Below, in pieces: positions 9,186 to 19,054 of a DNA stretch of 64,000 bases. The notes below the pieces were generated by a model. It did no database searches. It saw only the letters and a list, made by a program, of their open reading frames with translations, and was not told where the DNA came from. The first letter of the stretch is position 1, and every line of letters begins with the position of its first letter. Location of the stretch: IMG/VR virus record IMGVR_UViG_3300028591_000071; one strand, given 5' to 3'. This stretch comes from a virus (Duplodnaviria; Caudoviricetes). Position numbers and translations under genes: made by a program.

Positions 9186-10775
9186 TTAGTCTTTAACAAC
9201 TTCATATACTTTCTTTCCTTCTTCAACGGATTCTACTACATGATAACCTTCTGCAACATAACTTACAGGACCGCCAGGTTCGCCGTATGTAACTGCGGGG
9301 TTATACTCGTAAAATTTACCGCCGTAAACTTTGATTTTTGCTGTTCCAGCAGTATAATTTGCGTCGTAGCAATTTAACAAGAACTTAAGGTTTCCATTAG
9401 CGTCCCTTTCTGCGGTTTCCGCGTTAAGCAGTTTGAATGTTCCGCCATATACATTGATGGTTCCGAGTAACGAATAAAGCGTGTGGGTGTAACCGCGATA
9501 TTCGCCTGACATGAGGTTAACGACGGCATTTTCTCCATTTGAGAAAATAAGATATGCTTCGTGATTGTTTTCAAATACGCCACCGCCAACGGAGTCCATG
9601 ATTGTGATTTCTGAAGCGCCGCCCCTTATGTAATATGAGCCAAGGTTTGAACTTTCCGCCCTTGTGTCGCCGCACCTCCAAGTATGTCCGTTAAGGTCGA
9701 TAATTTCCTTTCCGCTTGCAAGTACAGAGTATGCACGACCCTTTGTCAGTTCAATATCAGTATCGAGGATAATCTTACCATTTGCAGGTGATGATGACAT
9801 AAGTTTTGAGTTACTGTCCTGTGTCACATGGTATTCAGGGTAAGTAATAACACAACCGTCAGGGACAACCAACTCATCGACGAAATCGTTGATGTCAGTT
9901 CCGTTTACGAAGATATTTCCTTTCTTAAGGATAAGTTTGTTGGCGTGGAATCCATTCTTTAACACAAGCGTGTTTTCGCTTACGGTCGCAGTAAGAACAT
10001 CATATTTTCCACCCACTTCAACAGTTGCGTTTGGCGCGTAGATTTCAGGGCTTGCAGTAACTGCGGTAACGCCATCGCTGAGCGTCAATTTTTCCTCTCC
10101 AAGATAAGTGATTCCGCAATCATCTCCCACGAAGTTAACAGAAACGCTTACAGGCTGATTCGTATCTTCAACTGATATGGTTCCGTGTACATTAGGGTAT
10201 TGTGAACTTTCCACCGGCAACGACTTTCCGCTTAGGTAAATGTCATTATATTCCCCCTTTAGATAAACACTTCCGCCATTTGATACAACCGACACATTTG
10301 TAGGCTCTTCACTAGTGTTGTAAATCATCAAAGACTTTCCACTAGACTCATTGGTGAATGTCGCCCCGTTTTGAACCGCTCCGGAAATCGCGCCAGTGCG
10401 CTTTGCTCCTTCTGGAACCGTTATGTTGTTAACAGAATCTGTGCTTGTTGAATACCTTGTACTTCCTGATTCAGCCGTCATTCCCGCAGCGATATCTTCA
10501 GCCGCCTGTTCTTGTTCCGCTGTATTTTCAGTTTCTTCGGGTTTTACTACTTCATGTTTTGTTTCACCGCTTTCGGACCCGCCTGACTTTTCAAACAAAG
10601 CATTGATGCTTATCACTTCAAGTGCATCAGCACCAAGGTGTGCACTTTTAAATAAATGATTGGATTTGGCATCTCCGCCATCGCCGGTTGAATATCCTTC
10701 CATCGCCTTCGGTGCAAGACCGTCGAATACTATGCCTTCGATGAAGTCATATTTTTTCATTTCATTGTTAGCCAT
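9186..10775 (-). CDS. Putative virion surface/adhesin-like beta-rich protein
   Basis: 529 aa with repeated I(N/K)VYGG.F beta-helix-like motifs; ACTATTTAT at 10807-10815. Confidence 0.5.
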   Translation of the reverse strand: MANNEMKKYDFIEGIVFDGLAPKAMEGYSTGDGGDAKSNHLFKSAHLGADALEVISINALFEKSGGSESGETKHEVVKPEETENTAEQEQAAEDIAAGMTAESGSTRYSTSTDSVNNITVPEGAKRTGAISGAVQNGATFTNESSGKSLMIYNTSEEPTNVSVVSNGGSVYLKGEYNDIYLSGKSLPVESSQYPNVHGTISVEDTNQPVSVSVNFVGDDCGITYLGEEKLTLSDGVTAVTASPEIYAPNATVEVGGKYDVLTATVSENTLVLKNGFHANKLILKKGNIFVNGTDINDFVDELVVPDGCVITYPEYHVTQDSNSKLMSSSPANGKIILDTDIELTKGRAYSVLASGKEIIDLNGHTWRCGDTRAESSNLGSYYIRGGASEITIMDSVGGGVFENNHEAYLIFSNGENAVVNLMSGEYRGYTHTLYSLLGTINVYGGTFKLLNAETAERDANGNLKFLLNCYDANYTAGTAKIKVYGGKFYEYNPAVTYGEPGGPVSYVAEGYHVVESVEEGKKVYEVVKD

Positions 10776-10822
10776 AATGTTTTAAAGTTAGTGTTTTATA
10801 CTAACCATAAATAGTCAGGAAA

Positions 10823-11545
10823 CTAGAAAGTTTTGAGCATGTGTCTCCTTAATATGTTCTGTGCTGTTCCCGAGTTCTTTTTTATGTCTCTCACCAATGC
10901 AATGTCCCTCGATGATGCCGCCGTCATCGCCGCATCACGTTCTTCATCACCCTTAAAGCCGCCCTTTGTTTTAGTAATCTTAGGATTTATATTCCTCGGG
11001 GCATCAAGCATGTGATACACAGTAACCCTTTCGGGCTCGATGCAGAGAATGTCCATCAAATAATTCTGTGCCATTATATCTGCCCCCTGATAATCACCGA
11101 CAATGAATTTTGCATTTGGATTTTCGTGGAGTGCAAAGTTTATAAGTGGTTCGTAATTGAATTCGAATTCGTTTGCTGTTATATCCCTGTGGCCTGAAAT
11201 AAAATAGGTATTTTCAACATCCAACGTGTCTTCTTCCGATTTATGCAGTTCTTCATAAATCTTGTCAAGGTCCGCGTTACCTACCTTCTCATATTCATAC
11301 TTTCCCTTTATCACCTTGTTCAGGGTCTTTCCCTGTGACGCATCAGTTCCGCCACCGACGAAGAGGACATAATCTTCAAATTTTACACCCGTATATTTGT
11401 ATGTGGTTCCGTTGTTGAATGTTATGAACAGGTCGCCTTTGTTTTCGTTGTCGTATTCAACCATCTCGGAGTATTTTATCATTGACGAATCATACCACAC
11501 TTTTTGAGTTTTCGTTTTTTCTTCGTATATTTTTTTGAGTATCAT
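10823..11545 (-). CDS. KTSC domain fused to a SLOG/YspA-like domain
   Basis: N-terminal DSSMI..LFITFNNGTTYKY..SQGKTLNKVIK (KTSC); C-terminal FISGHRD..VGDYQGAD..RDAAM (SLOG-like). Confidence 0.65.
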   Translation of the reverse strand: MILKKIYEEKTKTQKVWYDSSMIKYSEMVEYDNENKGDLFITFNNGTTYKYTGVKFEDYVLFVGGGTDASQGKTLNKVIKGKYEYEKVGNADLDKIYEELHKSEEDTLDVENTYFISGHRDITANEFEFNYEPLINFALHENPNAKFIVGDYQGADIMAQNYLMDILCIEPERVTVYHMLDAPRNINPKITKTKGGFKGDEERDAAMTAASSRDIALVRDIKKNSGTAQNILRRHMLKTF

Positions 11546-11605
11546 GGTTTTTTATTTTAATATAAGGTATATAGTTCGTCAAATCAATACGGCTGAACCC
11601 CCTTA

Positions 11606-11637
11606 TTTGCTTTTTAATCCATTTTTGTGTATATTTG
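11606..11637 (+). promoter_or_regulatory. Bacteroidetes sigma-A-type promoter for clpC
   Basis: TTTG-N20-TATATTTG matches the -33/-7 consensus. Confidence 0.7.
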
Positions 11638-11665
11638 CAAAGACAAGAAATTTTATTTTTAGCAT

Positions 11666-14218
11666 ATGGCAGAAAACGAAAATGCAAAACCTGATGTACA
11701 GGTTCCAACACCGCAGATGTCGGATGAATTGATTAATCTTTTGGATTTCATAAAGAAGGATTTATCAAAAGAATTACCAACCCTCACGATTGACTTGAAT
11801 TATTTCCTCCTTGGAGTGTTGTCACACAAGGATAATGATTTGTATGTCCGTCTTGAGAGTTGCATCATGTCATCAACGCTGTCGGCGATGTACAACACAT
11901 GGTATCAGGTGGTTTCGACAAAACAGATTTCAGCGGTTAAGCCGAACAGGGTTCCTTCATTTGACCAAAAGATGACCGAAATCCTTATTGCCGCCGAAAA
12001 GGAGGCGATTGATATGGAGAGTGAATTTATTACTTCCGAACATGTTTTTCTCGCCATCCTCGCCGACCTCGATGATTCCAATAAAATAAGGAAGGTATTC
12101 AATAAAGCGGGCATCACATACGGTTATATGCGAGGAAAGATGTCAGAGGGGCGTCCAATGGAAGTCAAGGAAGTTGGAACTATTCAACTTCCAAACGGAG
12201 ACAATGCACAGGTAAGGATGATTCGGGTTAAAGACCCTGAAGACATCAAGCGTGCGATTAAGAAAATGACCGGCCACGATATCATGGAGGACATGATGGG
12301 TAATTCGGAGATGGTGCCCGGCATGTCAAGGAAGAAAAAAGGGAAAAGCCAATATATTGAGGAGTATTGCACAAACCTCAATAAACTTGCATCCGAGGGA
12401 AAGATTGAAAAACTCGTTGGAAGAGAGCGCGAGGTAAATGAAATCATCCGCATTCTCGGAAGAAAGAAAAAGAACAACGCAATCCTCGTCGGAGGAGAAG
12501 GTGTTGGAAAAACCGCGATTGGAGAATCTATCGCGTGGAACATCGTCCATGGAGATGTGCCCGAGTTCCTTGTTGACAGGAAACTCGTATCTCTTGACAT
12601 GACCGCTCTTATGGCGGGAACGACCCTTAGGGGCATGTTCGAAGAGCGAGTAAAGGGCATTCTCGACGATATTCGTGCAGATAATTCATACATCCTGTTT
12701 ATGGATAATATCGGAGCAATCCTCGCCGATAAGGGAAAGAACGATTTTGAGATTTCTGCGATGCTCTCCCGCGCTTTGGAAAATGGCGAGATTCAGGTTA
12801 TCGGAACATCTGATTTTGCCTCCTACAGGAAGACTTTTGACAAAGACCCGAGCCTTGCTCGCCGCTTTCAAAAAATTATAGTTGAAGCGCCGTCAAAGGA
12901 AGATTCCGTAAAGATACTTGAAGGTATTAAGCCTGCATACGAAAAGCATCACAATGTAAAATATGATGATGCCGCAATCAAAGCGTGCGTTGAACTTGCT
13001 GACAGATACATTTCCGAAAGAAACCTTCCGGACTCGGCCATCGACCTTATCGATGAGGCTGGCGCCCACGAGAGTTTGATTAACGAGCCAGAAAAGTTAA
13101 GAGAACTCCGTATAAAGATGCTTGAAGAAAAAGAAGAGGAATCCGCGCCGCTCATCGAAGAGTATAACGAACTCAAGAAAGAGTTTGACGAGGATAGAAA
13201 GGAGAATCCAATTATCGTTACGAAAGAGAATATCCTTGACATCGTTTCGATGAAAACTGGTATTCCGGTCAACAATCTTACATCTGATGACAAGAAGAAG
13301 TTGTCAAATATCAATGACAGAATCAAAGAGGGTGTAATAGGACAGGACGAGGCTATCGATACCATTTGCAAAGCCCTCAAGAGAAACCGTATCGGATTGC
13401 ACAAGAGCGGCTGTATGTACAGTTGTATAGAAATCGGAAAGACAGGTGTTGGGAAGACGCTTATTGCCAAGAAACTCGCCAAAGAATTGTTTGGCGACGA
13501 GAAGGCCCTTGTCCGTTTTGACATGTCTGAATATTCCGATAAGGTTTCGGTTAACAAACTCATTGGCTCGAATCCTGGATATGTCGGTTATGAAGAGGGC
13601 GGACAACTCACGGAAGCAATTAAGAACAAAAAGCATTGCGTGCTTCTCCTTGATGAAATTGAAAAGGCCGACCCCGAGGTGTATAACATCTTCCTTCAGG
13701 TTCTCGATGAAGGATTCCTTACTGACAACTCAGGCATGCATGTTGATTTCAGCAATGTGATTGTCATTTTCACTTCCAATGTTGGCGCAAAGGCCGCAAG
13801 CGAATTTGGTCGTGGAATTGGATTTAACGAGAATGAGTCAGAGAACACGAAGAGGATATTGCTTAAGCAATTGAAGGGCAAATTCCCGCCCGAATTCCTG
13901 AACAGAATAGATGACATAATCTATTTCAACTCACTCACAGATGACAATCTTAAGGACATCATCAAGATTGAACTCGACAAGTTGGAGAATAATGTAAATT
14001 CAATCGGCCACGACATTGAATATGATGACTGCGTTGTAGAATATATTCTTGAAATTGTCAAAAGCGAAAAAGAATTTGGTGCAAGACCGATTATGCGTGC
14101 GATACAGGATGAAATTGAAGATAAGATAACAGAAGCCATTCTCGACAACGACTACGAGGATGGGCACAGATTCAAAATTTCTTGTTGTTCCGACGAAAGC
14201 AAAGTCGTTGTTGCTTAG
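11666..14218 (+). CDS. clpC: ClpC/ClpA-like Hsp100 AAA+ ATPase
   Basis: Clp N-repeat (ITSEHVFLAIL), GEGVGKT, RNLPDSAIDLIDEAG, GKTGVGKT, GYVGYEEGG, LLDEIEKA, IGF loop, FGARP. Confidence 0.92.
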   Translation: MAENENAKPDVQVPTPQMSDELINLLDFIKKDLSKELPTLTIDLNYFLLGVLSHKDNDLYVRLESCIMSSTLSAMYNTWYQVVSTKQISAVKPNRVPSFDQKMTEILIAAEKEAIDMESEFITSEHVFLAILADLDDSNKIRKVFNKAGITYGYMRGKMSEGRPMEVKEVGTIQLPNGDNAQVRMIRVKDPEDIKRAIKKMTGHDIMEDMMGNSEMVPGMSRKKKGKSQYIEEYCTNLNKLASEGKIEKLVGREREVNEIIRILGRKKKNNAILVGGEGVGKTAIGESIAWNIVHGDVPEFLVDRKLVSLDMTALMAGTTLRGMFEERVKGILDDIRADNSYILFMDNIGAILADKGKNDFEISAMLSRALENGEIQVIGTSDFASYRKTFDKDPSLARRFQKIIVEAPSKEDSVKILEGIKPAYEKHHNVKYDDAAIKACVELADRYISERNLPDSAIDLIDEAGAHESLINEPEKLRELRIKMLEEKEEESAPLIEEYNELKKEFDEDRKENPIIVTKENILDIVSMKTGIPVNNLTSDDKKKLSNINDRIKEGVIGQDEAIDTICKALKRNRIGLHKSGCMYSCIEIGKTGVGKTLIAKKLAKELFGDEKALVRFDMSEYSDKVSVNKLIGSNPGYVGYEEGGQLTEAIKNKKHCVLLLDEIEKADPEVYNIFLQVLDEGFLTDNSGMHVDFSNVIVIFTSNVGAKAASEFGRGIGFNENESENTKRILLKQLKGKFPPEFLNRIDDIIYFNSLTDDNLKDIIKIELDKLENNVNSIGHDIEYDDCVVEYILEIVKSEKEFGARPIMRAIQDEIEDKITEAILDNDYEDGHRFKISCCSDESKVVVA

Positions 14219-14223
14219 TCTTA

Positions 14224-14249
14224 ATCCCACAGGTTTCTGTGGGATTTTC
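14224..14249 (+). terminator. Intrinsic terminator
   Basis: AATCCCACAG-GTTT-CTGTGGGATT-TT. Confidence 0.8.
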
Positions 14250-14292
14250 TTTATTTAACGGCTATTTATTTAAGAATATAGTATGCAATTAT

Positions 14293-15885
14293 ATGAAAAA
14301 AATTATATTGAGCGAATCACAGTCAAAAATGCTTGCATCAATTCTTAAAGAAGAAGAGAGACAAGTGCAAAACATGCCTGTTGATAAGAAGATGAATAAA
14401 CCATATTGTATAAACCCCGATAAAGTCCTTGCCGTAAAGAAGTACCTTGACAACGGATTTACAGCACACGATTTTGAAAGGGTCGGGGCTAATGGTTATC
14501 CGGAGAAGATTAAAATCATCACGATGAATGCTTCAAACGGACAGCCACTAAAGCCAATGTACAAAGACCAGTTAAAAGACCTCCTCATAGATAAGTTCCA
14601 AAAGATGTTCTTGGATAAGGTTGAAAGGGAGATGTTCATCACGCAGGTCTTGAATGACTGGCTCAACGGCTCCATAGGTGTTCATGGAACGCTTACTACA
14701 AATCTATTGAAAGAAACTACGGTGTCTTCTGATATGGTTGATGAGCGTGCCTCTGAAACAAATACGGAGCCAACAGAAAAGCAAAAAGAAGCCGGAAACT
14801 ATAAGATGGGGCACATCTCAATTAAGGGAATGCATATTTCAATAGAAAATCCAAAGGGGTCGCTCAGGAAGGGGAAGGACCGCAACGGAAAAGAGTGGGA
14901 AGTAAAGATGAAAAATCATTACGGATATTTCACCAACACGACCGGAAACGGAAAGGATGGTGACGCTGTGGATGTGTTCATCGGACCTCATACAGAGGAT
15001 TTCGACAAGATTTATGTCGTTGACCAAAAAGTTGATGGTGAATTTGATGAGAGCAAGGTCATGCTCGGATTCTATGACAAGGATGAGGCAAAGAGGGCTT
15101 ATTTATCAAATTATTCACCTGGATGGAATGGATTTTGGAAGATAACAGCTGTTTCAATAAAGACCTTCAAGAGGTGGCTCTATCGCGGAAACAAACAAAG
15201 AAAACCGTTCTTCGATTATGTTACGATAAAGAAACAGAAACTTAACGAAGCAAGGCTCAATGAAGAAGAATATAATGAAATAAGATTCATTGGAAGAGCG
15301 TTTGATGAGAAGGGGGCGCAAGAAATTGCTGAAGAGTTAAATGCAAAAGGAATAGAAACATATGTAAGAGGAACTTCGGTCTATATCATTGTAGAACAGG
15401 ACAGAATGTACCCTTCATATGTCGATGAGATTGAATCCCTCGCAAAGAGAACCATGGGCGAATACATGCAGACCCACTCAATTACCGCAGACGAGCCTGA
15501 ATTTGCGACTGCATTGTCAGAGGATATTTCTCCTTTGGACATGTACAAAAACCTCAAGACAAATAATCCAGGAATATCAAGAACCGAAGAGCCACCATTT
15601 GACTCATGGAAAAGAGTGAAGAGAAAGGACGGAAAAATGAACTTGAAGAACATAGATACCGATGAAGTTCTTTCAGATATTTGGTTTGATTGGATTGGTT
15701 ATCTAATAAATGGTTATGCAATAGTTGGAATTGATGATAAGGGATACAACCTTATTGACAAAGACGGCAACATCATTTTACCGGAATGGCACGAAGATAT
15801 ATACGAACCGCTTGGCAACGAAGACAGTTATGTTATAGTTGATGGAAAAGAAAGGTCGTTGTTCAATCCGACATCTGAAAAATAA
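14293..15885 (+). CDS. Multidomain protein with a polyvalent-protein-type inorganic pyrophosphatase (InPase) domain and C-terminal WG-like repeats
   Basis: GNYKMGH..IENPKGS..HYGY..DGDAVDVF..FDESKVMLG; true start MKKIILSESQ after CTATTTAT (14262-14269). Confidence 0.75.
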   Translation: MKKIILSESQSKMLASILKEEERQVQNMPVDKKMNKPYCINPDKVLAVKKYLDNGFTAHDFERVGANGYPEKIKIITMNASNGQPLKPMYKDQLKDLLIDKFQKMFLDKVEREMFITQVLNDWLNGSIGVHGTLTTNLLKETTVSSDMVDERASETNTEPTEKQKEAGNYKMGHISIKGMHISIENPKGSLRKGKDRNGKEWEVKMKNHYGYFTNTTGNGKDGDAVDVFIGPHTEDFDKIYVVDQKVDGEFDESKVMLGFYDKDEAKRAYLSNYSPGWNGFWKITAVSIKTFKRWLYRGNKQRKPFFDYVTIKKQKLNEARLNEEEYNEIRFIGRAFDEKGAQEIAEELNAKGIETYVRGTSVYIIVEQDRMYPSYVDEIESLAKRTMGEYMQTHSITADEPEFATALSEDISPLDMYKNLKTNNPGISRTEEPPFDSWKRVKRKDGKMNLKNIDTDEVLSDIWFDWIGYLINGYAIVGIDDKGYNLIDKDGNIILPEWHEDIYEPLGNEDSYVIVDGKERSLFNPTSEK

Positions 15886-15912
15886 AAAAGGGCAGGTTTC
15901 AACCTGCCTTTA
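15884..15912. terminator. Bidirectional terminator between convergent genes
   Basis: AAAAAAGGGCAGGT-TTCA-ACCTGCCTTT. Confidence 0.75.
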
Positions 15913-16615
15913 TTTGTTTAAGATTGCTTCCGTAGAAGTCCGTTGGACTCGTTCCGCAATATTCGGCCATCCTCGTTATTGCATCCAAATAAGACATTCC
16001 GCCCCACCCGAATAGCGTTGATGGGTCTGATTTTACATGTTCAAGTTTTGGGCAGTCCACTTCATAGAATGCAACGCTCGAAACCCCGTCTATCTTTTTT
16101 GCTGCGGAATTGAATTGCTGAATGTTTCCTTTCTCACATTTACAAATCCACCATTTATAGTCAGTTCCTTCTGGCTTCTTTATTATGCATAATATAGCGG
16201 CGTCGTACTGTTGGTTCTTGCCTTCGGTATCCGTGTCCGTCCTTATTGTTTCAGATGAAATTTTCCACCCGTCGGCGTTTATTCTCTGAGCGATGCTCAT
16301 GAATTCCTTTCCGTGTTTGTTTTGCGGACATATCCCCATTACGAGATAAACATATTCATGACACATTTCGTGCAGAAGAGTACTTATGACGGCATTTTCG
16401 TCCCTTGAATAACGGTTTGTAAGCGTTATCTTTCCGGTTCCATTGACTTTCGTAATCTTAAGTGTTTTAAGATTATACCTTGCATCAAGGTCATATACGC
16501 CCCATAGCCCGCTAAGTCCCTCAACTGCAAATTGCGGGGTAGGCAACTGCCCGCCAAAATACTTCTGATTGTATTCGGCGAACTTCTGCCTCATCCATGG
16601 AACTGTTGGAATCAT
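15899..16615 (-). CDS. SprT-like zinc metalloprotease domain protein
   Basis: FAEYNQKYFGG..TLLHEMCHEY..HGKEF. Confidence 0.8.
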   Translation of the reverse strand: MIPTVPWMRQKFAEYNQKYFGGQLPTPQFAVEGLSGLWGVYDLDARYNLKTLKITKVNGTGKITLTNRYSRDENAVISTLLHEMCHEYVYLVMGICPQNKHGKEFMSIAQRINADGWKISSETIRTDTDTEGKNQQYDAAILCIIKKPEGTDYKWWICKCEKGNIQQFNSAAKKIDGVSSVAFYEVDCPKLEHVKSDPSTLFGWGGMSYLDAITRMAEYCGTSPTDFYGSNLKQIKAG

Positions 16616-16986
16616 TACTTGCTAACCTTAATGAAACAACCGGTTTGACCATTGTATTCTTCCATACCTTCCGCCCTTGTTCTTACGCCCTTATCTTGAT
16701 AATAGATGTTGAGGTCTTCAACAAGTTCCTCGAAAGGAAGTGATTCATCAAATGCAAACACTGCATCATTACTCTTATAGCACCTGAGTACCAAGAAATT
16801 AGGGCCCTTATCGGCTGTGACTGCTTTCCATCCGTTACCTTTTATAACATCAGACGCTTTCTGTGGTTTTCCTTCCGGTCTTGTCCTTCTGAAAAGGCCC
16901 TCACTTAGCATCTTTTTTGTTGCGTTATAAACTATAGCGGCAATCTCGTTTTCGTTCAACTTAAGTTTGTTCATATTAAAATGCAT
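16615..16986 (-). CDS. Hypothetical protein with the shared leader motif
   Basis: KLKLNENEIAAIVYNATKKMLSE; CTATTTAT at 16996-17003. Confidence 0.6.
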   Translation of the reverse strand: MHFNMNKLKLNENEIAAIVYNATKKMLSEGLFRRTRPEGKPQKASDVIKGNGWKAVTADKGPNFLVLRCYKSNDAVFAFDESLPFEELVEDLNIYYQDKGVRTRAEGMEEYNGQTGCFIKVSK

Positions 16987-17170
16987 TTTATATCTATAAA
17001 TAGAATGTATATTACTAAAAAAGCGGGATTTCTCCCGCCAAAACCTTACACAAGCGGAAGAGGCCCTGTCTCTCTAAAATATGCCGTCCAATCCGAAGGT
17101 GGTTTGACGATAATTATCTTGTTTCTTTGGAAAATACTACAAAAAAGCGTATATTAGACAAAAAATTAGT

Positions 17171-18751
17171 ATGATTTTTAGCAAAGAACAGGAAGACATA
17201 TTCGAATACGCGCAAAAGGGGCCGTTCAACATGGTTATTCAAGCGGTCGCAGGTGCGGGAAAAACAACGACGCTCATTGAATGCGCAAACAGGATTGACA
17301 GCGACAAGCGGATACTGATGCTCGCCCATAACAGGTCTACAAGGGACACGCTAAAGGAGCGGATAGGGAACAAGCCGAATGTGAGGATTTTTACTCTTCA
17401 CGGGCTTGCGTATAGGATGTTTTCCGAGCATTTCGAAAAGGAGCCGAAAATCAACGAGGAAAAATATAGGGAATACATAAACAAAAATCTGTCTGACATA
17501 GCCGGATTCAAATTTGAATCTTTATCACATCAGAAAAAGATGATGTATAAAGCAAATGTGTTTGATATGTTGGACAAGGCGAGGTATAACCTAAAACAAT
17601 CAGAAAAGGAAATTAAGAAACTCGCAGAAAAGAAATACGGATACACACTCGTTGCAAACGAGGCCGAAACGGTTTCTAAAATCCTTAAATGGGGCGCGGA
17701 AAATTTGGATGTTGTAGATTTCCAAGACCTGCTTTGGCTACCGTCGCAAATTGGCTACTACACGAAAAAATATGTGGCTGATGTGATAATGCTCGACGAG
17801 GCACAGGATGCGTCACTTGCTCAACAAGATATCGTAAAACGGTGTTTTATGAGGCAGACAAGGTTAATGGCGTTCGGAGACAGAGACCAAACAATAAACA
17901 ATTGGTGTGGCTCAGATATTGAATCATTTGAACATCTGCACGACAGTAATGAATTCCGCCGTCCTGCGGTTGATTTCCCGCTTACAACGAATTACAGGTG
18001 CGGAAAGAACATAATAGAATACGCGAAACAATTTACCGACAATCCGATAAAGGCAAAAGACGATGCAGAAGACGGCATAGTGCGGCACGAAGCGAGCCTT
18101 AACGATGTTGCAAACGGAGACATGATTCTTTGTAGGAATGTTGCGCCATTGATGGCTGTTTATAGGATTGGCATTTCATTGGGAAAGAAAATGTATTTCC
18201 GTGGCGAATCGCTCGGAAAGAATCTCATAGAACAGGTGGATTGTGCGACGGGCGACAAGATAGAAGATATTATAAAGAGTCTAAAACGAAGGTTGATTGC
18301 CACATGGGAATTTCTTACCATCAACAGCGACCTTGGAGAAAAAGAGACGATGACCGACCCGAGGGTGGTATCGCTTCTTGACACGATACAAACGCTTGAA
18401 AACCTACCGAGAACGGTTGAAACAAGGCATGACCTTGAGAAATTTTCAAGAGATGTATTTTTGGAGGAAGGGAAAGAAGGTATAGAACTGTCAACCATCC
18501 ACAGGGCAAAAGGACTTGAGGCAGACAATGTGTTTATTATTTGTCCGTCACTTATACCATCAAGACTTGCAACGCTTGACTGGCAGCAGAAAGAAGAACG
18601 CCACCTCCAATATGTAATGTGTACGAGGCCGAAGCATAGTCTTAATTTTATTACAGAAAAAGAAGTTCGTCCATACAGTGCTTTTTCCGATAGCATTGCA
18701 TTGTATTCGGAATTGAAAAAAATAAAGGAAGAAGTAATAGAAGAACGATAA
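17171..18751 (+). CDS. UvrD/Rep-like SF1 helicase
   Basis: AVAGAGKT, LDEAQD, GDRDQTI, LTTNYRC, STIHRAKGLE, YVMCTR. Confidence 0.9.
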   Translation: MIFSKEQEDIFEYAQKGPFNMVIQAVAGAGKTTTLIECANRIDSDKRILMLAHNRSTRDTLKERIGNKPNVRIFTLHGLAYRMFSEHFEKEPKINEEKYREYINKNLSDIAGFKFESLSHQKKMMYKANVFDMLDKARYNLKQSEKEIKKLAEKKYGYTLVANEAETVSKILKWGAENLDVVDFQDLLWLPSQIGYYTKKYVADVIMLDEAQDASLAQQDIVKRCFMRQTRLMAFGDRDQTINNWCGSDIESFEHLHDSNEFRRPAVDFPLTTNYRCGKNIIEYAKQFTDNPIKAKDDAEDGIVRHEASLNDVANGDMILCRNVAPLMAVYRIGISLGKKMYFRGESLGKNLIEQVDCATGDKIEDIIKSLKRRLIATWEFLTINSDLGEKETMTDPRVVSLLDTIQTLENLPRTVETRHDLEKFSRDVFLEEGKEGIELSTIHRAKGLEADNVFIICPSLIPSRLATLDWQQKEERHLQYVMCTRPKHSLNFITEKEVRPYSAFSDSIALYSELKKIKEEVIEER

Positions 18752-18752
18752 T

Positions 18753-19007
18753 ATGGGCTCAATAAGAAGACACAAGAAACACGAATCCGACTACGATTCA
18801 TATCAGGCATGGCCGATAGTTGATGAGGAACATGACCGCCTTAAATTTGGTGACATTCCGTTTGCTTCAACACGGTCATCCATTGGCCGCTCGTGGGACA
18901 ATAACTCTGTGCTACAGATAAAAGTCAAACAGGACTTCAAAGAAGATGAATATCCGCAAATGCAATATTCTGAAGCTTTTACATTCCATTTTATTTCGAT
19001 GATATGA
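18753..19007 (+). CDS. Hypothetical protein
   Basis: ORF abutting the helicase stop. Confidence 0.45.
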   Translation: MGSIRRHKKHESDYDSYQAWPIVDEEHDRLKFGDIPFASTRSSIGRSWDNNSVLQIKVKQDFKEDEYPQMQYSEAFTFHFISMI

Positions 19008-19054
19008 TTTTTGTTTTTTGAAGATTTTTTTGTATATATTAGTTAATAGAAATT

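Noticed and set aside
14182-14292. Extended starts in the ORF track (14182; likewise 2560, 25111, 41324, 48763, 61742)
   Set aside because: They cross terminators, promoters or neighbouring genes; downstream ATGs fit the promoter motifs and paralog starts better.
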